This document shows, piece after piece, positions 9,492 through 20,900 of a stretch of 64,000 bases of DNA. Position 1 is the first letter of the stretch. The number at the start of each line of letters is the position of its first letter. The stretch comes from Naegleria gruberi. Taxonomy: Eukaryota. The notes under the pieces were generated by a model. That model was given only the letters and a program-made list of their open reading frames with translations, was not told where the DNA came from and made no database searches. The DNA lies in assembly GCA_000004985.1 (NCBI GenBank), contig GG738873.1, one strand, 5' to 3'. The translations under genes and the position numbers were made by a program.

Positions 9492-12082
9492 ATGATTTGG
9501 ACACCACTACGCATCAATTTCACTTCATCATTATCATCATTAAGGAATATGAATACATCAAATATCGGTAATAACAATAGAGGAAAAGGAATACAACTCA
9601 CACTAGCTCTCCTCAGCCTCATTGTTCTATTAACCTTATTATTTTGTAATAACATAATTAGTTGCCAAAAACTTCCTTCCCCAACCGATTACTTTTCCAA
9701 AATTCTGCCAAATGTTCTCAAGGACAATAAGAAAACTCTCTCTGCACAAAGAGCTAAGCGTATTGATGAACTATCAAAACTAGCAACAAATTATTTGGAA
9801 ATGGAAGAAATGTTAGAAATTGAGGAAAAGATGCAAATTTCCCAATCGGCCATTCAAGCAAGAAAGACCAAAATTTTCAATATTGCCACTCTTATCAATA
9901 CATTGACCAATGAAGTTCAATTAATTGATAGTTATTGCGAAAATAGACTTGGACAAAACTGCGAAATTCCAACATGTTTTGGAAAATACAAAGATGGTGT
10001 TCAAGTGGTTTGTGGAGGAAATGGTAAATGTACTGATGTCGACACTTGTCAATGTGATAAGGGATACTCAGGAATTGAATGTACATATTATAAATGTTAT
10101 GGAATAATCTCCTCTGACTCTTCCGTTTGTTCAGGAAATGGAGTTTGTGTTTCATCTGACATTTGTAATTGTAGAAAGGGCTTCTTTGGTGGTAATTGTA
10201 GTCAAACAGAGTTCACTGGATACATTATGTATTCAAATGGTAAGAATAGACTGACTGGTACCAATAGTGTTCCAAAAACATGTAGAGAATATTATCTTAA
10301 TTATAGAGAGATGTGCGGCATGTTAATGTGGTACATCAAACATTATGAATTTCAGCTTTTTTTTTGTGTGTATTAATTCATTTCGAATATTCAGCAACAT
10401 TTCGCATATTCAACAGCATAATAAATGTGCGCACTCCATTTTAAACGAAAAACAAGACTTTAGAATGGAAGAAAAGATTCTGAAATTCAGAATGTATTTT
10501 GCATGAAACCAATGGCCTGAATAAAGATTCTGAATGATGGAACAAAGATAATAAATGAATGCTAAAAGCTTCTGAATGAACGTCTATTCAGATTTCCCCA
10601 ATAGTCAACACCTTTTTCTTTACCTACAACGATGGTAGCATGAAATAACTGGTTTATGTTATTAGGAACCTTAGAAAACATAAGTCAAAGTTTTTAATAA
10701 GTCAAAAATTGATTCAAAAATTATGTGTTTGTTGGACTCGGTCTTTAATTTTTGTTTTACGACACCTCACCACATGAGACTTTAATTAATATATGTAAAC
10801 AGTGATTTCAATATACCATGAAATAATCACAGATTCAGTCCTTTTTGTTGTGGAGATAGAAATCAGCGCTTGAATGAATTTTTTTTAATACTTATTTTTT
10901 CCAGGTAATATTTCATTCTTTTAATAGAACAGCATTATTTCATAACCAGACCATTTTCATTGTTAGAAATTCTGTAATATGGAGCAATACTAAACATTTT
11001 ATGAATTGTGTGATCTTCAAAGCTTTTAATCATTTTTTGGATGACTTTAAAAGCATGGGCTCCGAGTTTAACAAATTTGCCTAGAAAAAGAAAAAGAAAC
11101 TTGACCTAAATAATAGATAAGGTTCCGCTCTTTTTACTATAATGTTTCAATATGTGAATGTTTCATAATGTTTTTATTACATATATTTGATTATATCTGT
11201 GAAATATTAACCTATACCATGCTCTCATTACGATGATGTAAACTGAGCTTCTCGATCCCAGTTTTTTATGTTATTTTTTTGGCGGGGTTTTTTCACTCTT
11301 TAATTCATTGTCCATTAGTTATTTAAATTGAGGTTTTTATGAATCAATCAGATAGATTATGAAGCCAATTAACGCAAATATGTTGATCAGGAAAAATCAG
11401 CTCTTTATTACATTAATTGGATCTCTTTAAAGTCACAGGCTCCATTACTTAAAAAATACCGTTAAATAAGGAGTACAAAGATTTCGCATGGATACACAAA
11501 TAGTTTAGAATAAACCACCAATTTAAAAAAAAATAACATCATTCTAATCTGAACACACAGCAACATCTCGCATATTCAAAAACATTCCGAATATCCAATT
11601 ACACTTCGTATATTCAAAAACATTCCGACTACACAACAACATAAAAAAGTAGGATATCACTCTATAACACTGCATTATCTGGCAATGGATTGTATGTTGT
11701 AAAGCCAAAGGATAGAGAGATTACTGTGTATTGTAATATGAATGATGGAGGTTGGACTCTATTGAATGAAATTTTGTACTTGGAATCTCTCCTTAGCTCT
11801 ATTCCTCTCCCTAGTGCTAGTAATCTTCTCTCTGCTGATTTGACAACTTATACACAAAAACCAATAAGATTGACAAGTGTCATTTCATCCAACTTATTGA
11901 AAGATTTTAAGGGAAGTTTCAATACTGTCAAGGCTGGTTTTGGGTTGAGATGTAGTGTGGGAGCTGATGATCCAACCATGGATCCTGTTCTGAACTATTT
12001 GTGCCAAATCAATAATAGAAATGGATTGAATACTTATGTTGCTGCTACCTTTAGTTCATATGTAAAATATTGGCTTTATTAA
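9492..12082 (+). CDS. Membrane-anchored or secreted protein with a coiled-coil, two or three EGF-like modules, and a C-terminal fibrinogen-related-domain-like segment. Exon 1 is 9492 to about 10312 or 10330. A distal exon at 11653-12082 carries the 'GNGLYVVKP..VYCNMNDGGWTLL' part across an unusually long (about 1.3 kb) intron or insertion
   Basis: Exon 1: 'CEIPTCFGKYKDGVQVVCGGNGKCTDVDTCQCDKGYSGIEC...' then 'KTCREYYLNYRE'. The distal ORF is open from 11645: 'SRISLYNTALSGNGLYVVKPKDREITVYCNMNDGGWTLLNE'. The order TCREY..GNGLY..VYC.M..GGW is contiguous in the paralog at 14360-15340. Phase-compatible donors at 10313 or 10331 with an acceptor at 11651-11652. Confidence 0.4.
10378..10420. repeat. 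Two copies of an about 20-bp motif ACATTYCGMATATTCAAMARC at the 5' edge of the long intron/insertion in gene 9492-12082
   Basis: 'tttcgaatattcagcaac' followed by 'atttcgcatattcaacagc'; related copies at 11559-11640. Confidence 0.5.
11559..11640. repeat. Four tandem copies of the same about 20-bp motif at the 3' edge of the intron/insertion; direct-repeat partner of 10378-10420
   Basis: 'acatctcgcatattcaaaaac' / 'attccgaatatccaattac' / 'acttcgtatattcaaaaac' / 'attccgactacacaacaac'. Confidence 0.5.
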
Positions 12083-12166
12083 AAATCAAGATATTTGCAA
12101 TATTTAAATAACATGAAATATCTAATTGCTAAAAAGCAATAGCTGACCAATACCATATTTATTTTG

Positions 12167-13892
12167 TTACAAATAAAGGAAGGACAAGATGATCAAAACT
12201 AAAACAATTAAAACGTTTGGAAGACGAACCAATTGAGCATCATTGACATTTCTTGAAGTAATAGCATCAGGAGTAGTAGTGGAATTTGAGTTTGTGTTTG
12301 AATTGGAATGAGAAGAAACTGCTGGTTTTGGTGAAGAAGTAACTGGGCTAGGCACTTCAACCTTTAACATTTGAACTGAAACAGTTGATTCCTGATTGAC
12401 TCCACTAATTGCTGAAATACTTCCCCAACAATAAGAAGATGGCCAAGCAAATACGTAACTTTGTCCATTATTCAAATTTCCAGTATCAATATTTGAAAGA
12501 TTTCTACAAGCCAAATTCAAATACAATCTAAACTGTCCTCCTCCAGTAGTAACAGCTGTAATATTATACAATTGACCAGCAACTGTTTTGGCCCATGAAA
12601 CTGGTGTATATCCATTTCCATTTCCATTATTCTGAACTGTTCTCACAGTTCTGTTTGAAAAGACTACTGCTTGTCTCCATGTATCGAAATATCCAGCAGG
12701 TCCTCCAGAACCAACTAACCAAGGACCTCTCATGGAAAGTAAATTCTGATTTCTATTAAAATCAATCAACTTGTCCTCACCATTCAAATATCCTGAACAA
12801 GATTTGAGAGGTCTGAGAGCAGCTCTAATGAGTTGCAATTCGTATGCAGCTTGATTACTCCAACCATTTGGATGCAATGTGTAATTACTTCCAATTTCAA
12901 CGAAAATGGCATAAGGTGTGCCAGTATTACGATCAGTGACATAGGCACCGTAAGTTTTCAAAGTTTCTGCAATTTTTCTCAATTTTGGAATAGTAAGTTG
13001 GGCAGAAACGTTAAATGTGGAAGGAAGCATCAATAAACTACCTTCTGGAATAGATCCATAATTGCTTTGATAATCAATGTCAGATACAGTGGCTGGCCAA
13101 ACGTAAGGTGGATTATTGGACAAACCATTGTGAGTCATGGAAAGAGTCAATGCATGTCTATATTGAGAATCGCCATCATCCACTTCATGTTTTCTAATCA
13201 ATCCTGCAGAACTTGCAACCCCTGTGGCTCTGGCTCCTTGATAGAATTGAGCTGGATTTCCCCATCCAGAACCATCGAGAGCTGTCCATGAATAGAGAGT
13301 AGTACACCATGTTCCATTTACTTTGACTAATTGCCAGAATGAGTGAATAACGTTTGAAATTGGATCAAAAATTTCACAGTGACCTATTTCCAAAAATACC
13401 AAATTTGACACATGTCAAAAAAAACTCATTACTTTGACAAGAATGAAAATAAACTTACCATCACTTCCGCTAGCTGGTAAAGTATTGGCTGGCCATCTTG
13501 GAATTGTAATATTTGGAGCAAATCCACCAATATCTGGTACGCCAATTCCCGAACTAGATGAACCATAAACTGTAAGTGGAGAATCAGTTTTTGAGGAAAC
13601 GAAAACTCCAGTAGAAAAAATTCCTTCGGCGACTGTTGGGACAAAGTTCATTGTTGATATTGGAATAGTTTTGGTATCGTCTAAAACTGGGTTGACTGGA
13701 CGACTATTCCAAGGAGAGCTTGCAGAGAATGGTCTGTAAACGCTTCCAAAGGGATAAGCCGATTGGAGGCATGTTGCATGTTGAGAAAACATGTCTAATG
13801 AGAACAGTGTCAATTGTCAAAGCAAATGAAAACTTACAAATTACTGACAGCAACAGCAGAACAGATAATTTAACTGTGAATTGTTTATTCAT
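12167..13892 (-). CDS. Secreted, probably GPI-anchored protein of unknown domain family. Three exons: join(13838..13892, 13459..13794, 12167..13383) on the minus strand, with a signal peptide, a Ser/Thr-rich stalk and a C-terminal hydrophobic tail
   Basis: Exon 1 'MNKQFTVKLSVLLLLSVI' ends at donor gtaagt (13837-13832). Exon 2 runs from acceptor cattag (ag at 13796-13795) to donor gtaagt (13458-13453). Exon 3 starts after 'aaatag' at 13383 and reads 'GHCEIFDP...'. The C-terminus is '...SSPKPAVSSHSNSNTNSNSTTTPDAITSRNVNDAQLVRLPNVLIVLVLIILSFLYL'. Confidence 0.65.
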
Positions 13893-14359
13893 GGCTGTGT
13901 TTGTTTTTTTTGATGTTTCGTTCTAGTAGGCAAAAAATGGCAGTGGTTTACTGCTGGATAAAATGAAAGTATTTGTTATTCTAGCGACATTGTTTTCGAA
14001 TAGGTCATTTTGAAAGGTTCTGTGTAACACAGTTGATGAATTAGTAGAAGAAAATACAAGTTTAGTTTGGCTGAGGTTTGGAAAAGGAAGTGCAAGCGAA
14101 ATAGGGTCCCAACTGGAAGTTTCGAATAGAAAATTTTAGCTATGCCAATCAAAAATCAACAAAATAGTTTAATACAATGGAACAGCTGTTTCTCAACAAA
14201 CACATTCAGACTGGAAGTCTAACCGTTAAATTTTGTAATGACAATATCATCTACTAATCAATTAAGTCCAAGTGTACCTCGTTCAAGAGAAAGTTTACAA
14301 TACATTTATTTGAAAAGTAATGAAAGCTTGAATTATTTTATTAAGAATGTTCTTAAGGT

Positions 14360-15340
14360 TTATCTGATGAAATATTGGAAGAAACTGACAAATTTACCTG
14401 GAGTGGAAAATCCATCAACGGTACACAACTTTTTCATTGTCCTTTCATGATAATCATCAGGATCATATGAAATTGCACATTCATCACCAACCATTGACTT
14501 GACTTGATTAGCCAACTTGATCAATGATCTAAATTCAATTGATTCCACAAGATCTGGAGTGATAGGGGTAATTGGTTGCTTGAAAGGAGTCTCATGATTT
14601 TGAATTCCATTCAAATAAATCCATCCTCCCTTACTCATATCACAATACACTGGAAATGCTGGGAATTCAGCAGAGGGTTTTACAATATACAATCCATTTC
14701 CTGTCTTTCCAACATAAAAATTGGTCAAATACTCTCTACATGTAGTTGGGATATAGTTCGAAACAGAGGTGAGACTTTTCACAATAGATCCATCATACCA
14801 TTGAGTTTCATTGATTGAGAATAAATTTTCAGAGGCCATTTCCTCAGGTTTACACGACTTTCCAGAATTAAGATCAAAACAAATGCACTTAGTACCTGGT
14901 ACATAGTTAAATTGTGTTTGATCTGCTAATAAATCAGCACCATTTCTTCTCTGAGAAAGTACAGCAATGGAAGATCCGATAATTTGTTGTTTCATCAATA
15001 AATCTTGTTCTTGTCGGATGAGGGAAATTAAATCGCTAGTAGCCTTGTCCATGATGGATTGTAATTGAACCTTATCAATATTTAAATTATCAACATAGGG
15101 AGTAATGATATCGTTTGCATCCCTTAATGCCATCACATTTTGTTTCATAATTCTGATATTATCCAATTGATCATCCAATTTATTCTTATACAATTTCATC
15201 ATTGATAATCTATCTGGTTGATCATTATCTTGAAATATACTACCTTGTCCAAAACAACATGTAACTCCCAACAATGATATAACAATAAAAAGGTAGAGAA
15301 ATTCCACCGAGTGATGATGATGATTGAAGAGTTTGTTCAT
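14360..15340 (-). CDS. Secreted or type II protein with a hydrophobic N-terminal segment, about 120 aa coiled-coil, and a C-terminal domain carrying a fibrinogen-related-domain-like motif. Paralogous in architecture to gene 9492-12082. There may be a 33-nt 3' intron (14365-14397) that would shorten the C-terminus to '...FSTPDKP' (stop at 14353)
   Basis: 'MNKLFNHHHHSVEFLYLFIVISLLGVTCCFG', a heptad-rich segment, then 'TTCREYLTNFYVGKTGNGLYIVKPSAEFPAFPVYCDMSKGGWIYLNG', matching the FReD A-subdomain consensus C..Y..G...SG.Y.IKP....F.VYCDM...GGWTV. Confidence 0.65.
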   Translation of the reverse strand: MNKLFNHHHHSVEFLYLFIVISLLGVTCCFGQGSIFQDNDQPDRLSMMKLYKNKLDDQLDNIRIMKQNVMALRDANDIITPYVDNLNIDKVQLQSIMDKATSDLISLIRQEQDLLMKQQIIGSSIAVLSQRRNGADLLADQTQFNYVPGTKCICFDLNSGKSCKPEEMASENLFSINETQWYDGSIVKSLTSVSNYIPTTCREYLTNFYVGKTGNGLYIVKPSAEFPAFPVYCDMSKGGWIYLNGIQNHETPFKQPITPITPDLVESIEFRSLIKLANQVKSMVGDECAISYDPDDYHERTMKKLCTVDGFSTPGKFVSFFQYFIR

Positions 15341-15728
15341 TTTGTGTGAGTGATGAGAGAAGTTATAGTCGTTCCTTCTCCTTCCACTTGCTTGATTTCC
15401 AGGTGGAAGATATCAGTTGGGTTGAACCTTATTGTTGTGTTGGCTACTGAAAGAGCCATTCAATAATGGAGATAATCTACAATGCCCAAAAGGAGTAGAT
15501 TTCCATCGTAATTAAGGAATTGGATTTAAGGATACGGTTATCTAAGAACGATAATGCGCAGCCTTTCCCGAAGATATTACTTGCACATTCATTGATACAG
15601 TGCAGTATATAATGGACTTTTGAGTAAGCCAAACCACTAACAGCAAATCTGCCTTAAAAGGCGTATACAACCTGAGAGAATTTTTATACAATTTTTATAC
15701 AACCAAAGTGGTTTGAATTGTCTTTGAA

Positions 15729-16517
15729 TTAGAAGGAAAAGCTCAGGTAGCTTAGTGAGCCAAAGTCATATTGACGAAAGAGAACCTTTCCACTTGTTTC
15801 ATCTTGAGCCATTCCCATGACTATGAAGAGGGGAAGGAAATGTTCACTTCTAGGAATTGCCAATTGATGATGAGGAGCATGCTCACGGTATGAGAAGAGT
15901 TCTTTCAAATTCCATTGTGAAATCTTGTCAATTAGCCAATTGTCAAATTCTTCGGCCCATCTTTCAGTTTTTTTCTTTTTAGAATTGGTTTCCAATAGAT
16001 TGTGAACAGTGCCACCACTTGCAATTACTAATATTTCCATTTCACTCAATTCTTTCAATGCTTTACCTATTTTGAAATGAGTTTCGGCTGAACTTGTTGG
16101 GTCAATCGAGCATTGAACTATTGGAATATTAGAATCTGGAAACATTAGTCCCAAAACAACCCAACTCCCATGATCAAGTCCTCTATCATACTCCCTTCTT
16201 GTTTTTATCCCATTTTGATTCAATTTAGTTTCGACTAATTGTGCAGTTTCGGGCGAACCTTTAGCAGGATACGAAACATGACTCAATTTTGAAAATCCTT
16301 GAAAGTCATGCATTGTTTTATATTCATTTTCATGGAATGAAATGGACACACCTCTATTCTCAATGGATTCTTCCCAATGAGCTGTGAATATGACAATGGC
16401 TTTTGGATGGATTTGTGTGGACAGAGTGGAGAGAAATATGGACATGTTGTGCAGGGGTTGAGCTATGAGGTTGGGAGAACCATGACCTATGAAGAGTGGA
16501 GCAATTCTTGAAGGCAT
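15729..16517 (-). CDS. Extradiol aromatic ring-opening dioxygenase, class III (LigB/YgiD, 4,5-DOPA dioxygenase-like); single exon, 262 aa
   Basis: 'LFIGHGSPNL...IVIFTAHWEE...ILVIASGGTVHNL...' matches the HGSP and SGG(T/S)VHN motifs of the LigB-type dioxygenase family. Confidence 0.8.
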   Translation of the reverse strand: MPSRIAPLFIGHGSPNLIAQPLHNMSIFLSTLSTQIHPKAIVIFTAHWEESIENRGVSISFHENEYKTMHDFQGFSKLSHVSYPAKGSPETAQLVETKLNQNGIKTRREYDRGLDHGSWVVLGLMFPDSNIPIVQCSIDPTSSAETHFKIGKALKELSEMEILVIASGGTVHNLLETNSKKKKTERWAEEFDNWLIDKISQWNLKELFSYREHAPHHQLAIPRSEHFLPLFIVMGMAQDETSGKVLFRQYDFGSLSYLSFSF

Positions 16518-16733
16518 TATTGTTGTCAGTTGTTGAGTTTGATTTTTTTGATGTTTGGCAGGATGAATTTTTCTTTTTGAAATGTTGTAAAAAAATCAAA
16601 ATTGGTTTTTCGGATTCTATTGGATGATGAAACCATCCCGAGAGCAAGCACTAATTTTGTTAAATATATTATCAATATTTTTGTAAACGCAACATTTATT
16701 AAAAATTATTTAAAAATAAATATTAAAAAAATC

Positions 16734-17906
16734 ATGAAGAGCCAAACTTCCGAATCAACTCCAATCATCACCTTCTCATTCCTATCGACAGAATCCGATC
16801 TGGACAAGTGGCTTGATTTTGTCCACTCGATTTTCCGACCAAAAGCCACGAGAGAATATTTCCTTGCTCATCACCTCAATGATCCCAAGGCAAAAGCTTC
16901 CGATATTGTGATTGCTAAATTAGACAATGAAATTGTGGGTACAGTGAAGGTTTTTCATCGATCCATACAGGTACTTGACTCAACAAATGGAAAACAAGGT
17001 GAAAAAGTAGTAAATAATAATGAAGAAATTAATAATGATGAAGAATTAGAAAAGCCGAGCATCGGAATGTGTTCATGTAAGGGAATTGGAGAGGTTGGTA
17101 CGAGAAGTGATTTTAGAGGAAGGGGCATTGCTTCTTCCTTGTTGAATTTGCAGGTGGACAAGATGAAAAGCAATCATGATAATGATGCAATAATATTATC
17201 ATCATTACATGCCTCCACTGATGCCTCTAAACTGTATGGAAAACTAGGATGGAGTGCCATTCCTTTACATTTCTCAAAATTGAAATTTGCATTGAGTAAG
17301 CCAACATGTTCAGCACAAGTGGGAAATAAGGTGGTGAGAATTGAAGTGACCAATTTCAAGAATGAAAATCTTCATGTATTGTATGAAAATTATTGTAGAT
17401 ATTTTGGATTTTTAGGGGTGGAAATTAGATCGGAGGAGTATTGGAATCGATGGGTTGTTCACGAATCGAAAACCCATCAATGTAATTCGTATGCTCTCTA
17501 CGAAAATGATGAGTTGAAGGCTTATATCATTGTTGGGCCTGATGACAAGAATGAGTGTTTGAAAGTGAAGGAGTTTATTTGTGATTATTCTGAAAACTCT
17601 GAGAAACGTCTGGAATATTTCTTTAAACTGATAGACCATGCTCAATCTGAAACTATTGTGGAATTGTCACAAATTTCGGCTATTCTGCCTCGACCAGTTG
17701 CCAAGTTTGTTTTTAACCTTTCTGGAAAAATAGGACAATCTTTGCAAGGTCTTACTCATGCAGGAATATTGGAAGAATATCAAGAATTTTGGTGGACAGA
17801 TAATGGATACATGTACAACCTTGTGAAGAAACCACACGAAAAAAGTACCTTGACTGATTTAATTGAGGAGGAAAAGCATGTCGTGTGGAAAACTGATGGA
17901 TTTTAA
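16734..17906 (+). CDS. GNAT-family N-acetyltransferase domain protein with a C-terminal extension of about 200 aa
   Basis: ATG at 16734 preceded by 'aaaaaaatc'. The acetyl-CoA-binding motif 'VGTRSDFRGRGIASSLL' fits the GNAT motif A pattern (R/Q)xxGxG/A. Confidence 0.7.
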   Translation: MKSQTSESTPIITFSFLSTESDLDKWLDFVHSIFRPKATREYFLAHHLNDPKAKASDIVIAKLDNEIVGTVKVFHRSIQVLDSTNGKQGEKVVNNNEEINNDEELEKPSIGMCSCKGIGEVGTRSDFRGRGIASSLLNLQVDKMKSNHDNDAIILSSLHASTDASKLYGKLGWSAIPLHFSKLKFALSKPTCSAQVGNKVVRIEVTNFKNENLHVLYENYCRYFGFLGVEIRSEEYWNRWVVHESKTHQCNSYALYENDELKAYIIVGPDDKNECLKVKEFICDYSENSEKRLEYFFKLIDHAQSETIVELSQISAILPRPVAKFVFNLSGKIGQSLQGLTHAGILEEYQEFWWTDNGYMYNLVKKPHEKSTLTDLIEEEKHVVWKTDGF

Positions 17907-17927
17907 ATGAATAATATACAAATTTAT

Positions 17928-20900
17928 TTATACCCAAGTATTATAGCTTACACCTCTTGTTATAAAATCACCAATATCATCTTCTTCTGCATCCATATTA
18001 AAGTCCTCTGTGGTTGTTGTAGGTGTTGAATCAATTGAAGAGTTGGTGTTAATTTTTTCGAATAAATCTTGTAAAGTGCTATCTCTACTTGTGTTATTAT
18101 CGTAAAATACATATTTTCCAACATTATTTTTCTTTTTTCTTCTAATAAAATACCATCCAACACCAGCTACAAGAGTGGCACAAAACGCTACCACCAAGAG
18201 TAAACCAATTGAGCCACCTACAATGTAAGGTAAATAATCAATTTGAGTGAGTGAGAAGTCTGATTTTGCACAAGTGACACAAACTTCCATCATACTACTC
18301 ACAGTTAATTCAGGAATTTGAGAGATGCCAGAAAGTAATTGAGCGCATGAAAAAGCTTGTCCAATTCCAAATTGATATCCAGTTGGTTTGGCAAGAATTT
18401 TGGAATTATCAGAAACAAAATTAAGACTACAATCAATCATATCAAGATTAATATTTTTCAATTCCCATTTCGTTCCCTTCTCTGTTAATTTCATTGAAAT
18501 TCTGTAAGAAACACCTGAACTGAATAAACAAGAGGCGGATGATTTCATTCCACTTGATAATTCACCTCCTGATAAAACTTGTTTTCCATTTTCAAAAGAT
18601 AATCCACCAAAGAATGTTCCATTATTCTTTTTAGAAATCCAAAATTCAATTAAATTACCATTTTCAATATTTGAGAATGGTGATAATTTAAAATCAAGTG
18701 ATACAATATTACTGATATCATGTAAATCTGATGATGCAACAACTTGTCTAATTGGTTTGTCTGTACATTTTGATTTGTTCAATTTACCAATATTCATTTT
18801 AATGATCAAAGGTGGTTGAACTGTTTCAGTTGTTTCTTGTCTTTGAATGATTGGAGGTGTTGTATCTTGATCTGGAATATCTTCTGGAGGTGAAATACTT
18901 GTATCAAATTTATCCAAAGAAGTAACTTTTACAACTTCTGGATCAACATATCTGATAAATAATTTGGTATCATAATTACTCGAAATTGAATCTTGAATCA
19001 AAGCTGCTCTTATATTCATTATGGAATCACTTGTTCCCAATAATGGAAGTTTAGCTGAACAAAATGTTGAATTGAGAACTGTGCATGCAATTTGAGTTTC
19101 TTCAGTGGAATATTGTTGACGAATGAAAAGATTGACATTATTGGTTGGTGGGAAGAATGTTGCCATTGCAAGAATCCTATCACCAAAATAAGCTTGTTTT
19201 GGTAAAACTTTCAATAAATCAAATCTATACAATGTCAATTCGGTATCGGTTGAAATTGGTATTGGATCTGATGTTTCACTAATTAATTCAATTTGAACTG
19301 AAACTTTAAATGAATCCTTCATTACCAAATCTTGGGGAAAGTTGCTTATCAAATCCTTTGCATTAACGAATGGCTTGAATGTAGTTCTTGTTCTACTTCC
19401 TGAGGTTTGAACTGGTAAACGAGCAAGAATCAAATTAAGAGGATCATATTTGAGAATTAAATAAGGTCTTGTTCCTGGTAAAACATAATTTCCTTCCAAA
19501 TAAATTGGAATTGAACCAGTCACTGGAACATATAATGGATAAATCTTTCTAATAGATAAAACTGTTGCCTCACTTTGATCATTATTAATATAAGCAATAG
19601 GTTGGAATTTTGTTAATTGAGTACTTTGATCAAAAACTGATGAATCTGGAGTTAATTGAGAAACTGCAATAATCAAAGATACATCTGTATTCACATTGGT
19701 CACTGTAATCTTTTCAGTATCTTTCGTGAGAACAACCAAATCATTCTTATTAACAACAAAGTTTGAATCTGAGGCTAATTCATTGAATTCTGGACTTGAT
19801 GAATCAATATCTGGAACAATTGTACTGATAGTTGTTGTTTGTTGATCACTCGATAATAAATATTGATCTGGATGATCATATAAAACAAGTGTAAAATATT
19901 TCTGAGTACTTTGAGGAATGACAATTTCTTTTGGGGTTTCATTTGGTGCTTCAATATTAACTGATACCAATAAACTTGAATTTGAAGTTCCTTCTTTGAA
20001 GAAGGTGAATGTTGTTGTATTGGTTGATGGATTGAAAACTTGATTTCCTTTATCAATATCTGTGAATGAAATTGGTCCCTTATCAAAAACTGATGAAATA
20101 TTTGCTTCCTTACTTGATGTATCAATTTCCAAGATTGTAACATTCGTTGAATTATCTTTCAATGTGATACCAAGTAAATCACCATTTGGATTATCAATAA
20201 TTTTGACAAGACCATATGTTGCATTATCCATTGTATTTATAATTGGAATAATCATTTGAGTTGCATTACTGAACTTGTCAATCTTCCAAATAATTAAAGA
20301 ATTTGGAATCTTACTCTTATATAATAAGGTATCAAAAGTTAAAAATTTGTCACCACTTTCAGTATTTACATCTGTTGTAATAGTGTAATATTTCAATAAA
20401 TTACTATTAGTAACATTGGATGGAATACCTTCTAATAAAGTTGTACTTTGTAATATCAAAGATTTACCACAAACAGTATCCATCAACGATTTTTGTAAAT
20501 AAATGTTAGAATCTATCACTGTGATTTGTTCTGCTGGTACAAATGAACCTTTACACAATTCAGTTGTGGTTTGATATTGACATAATTGACCAGTAAATCC
20601 ATCATGACATTTACACAAGTTACCTTCAATACATTTACCATTTCCTCCACAAACACTTGAATTAATTCCAGGTGTACCAAAACAAACTGGAATGGAGCAA
20701 TTCAATCCAATATAATTCTCCAAACATGAACAAGTATCATTTGAAATACAAATTCCATTTCCAAAACATGTTAAATTAGATGTTTGTTCAACACCAAAAC
20801 AGTACGTTTTAGGAATTGATGGAGCTGTTGGATCATTATTTCCAGAATTAGATGTTGGTGTTGTAGTATTAAGAGTTTCGTTTGGAGTAAAATGATTAGA

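Noticed and set aside
15540-15700. Possible small ncRNA (a U6-like 'gatacag' segment) between genes 14360-15340 and 15729-16517
   Set aside because: The match is only a 7-nt coincidence. There is no snRNA secondary-structure core and no T-run terminator.
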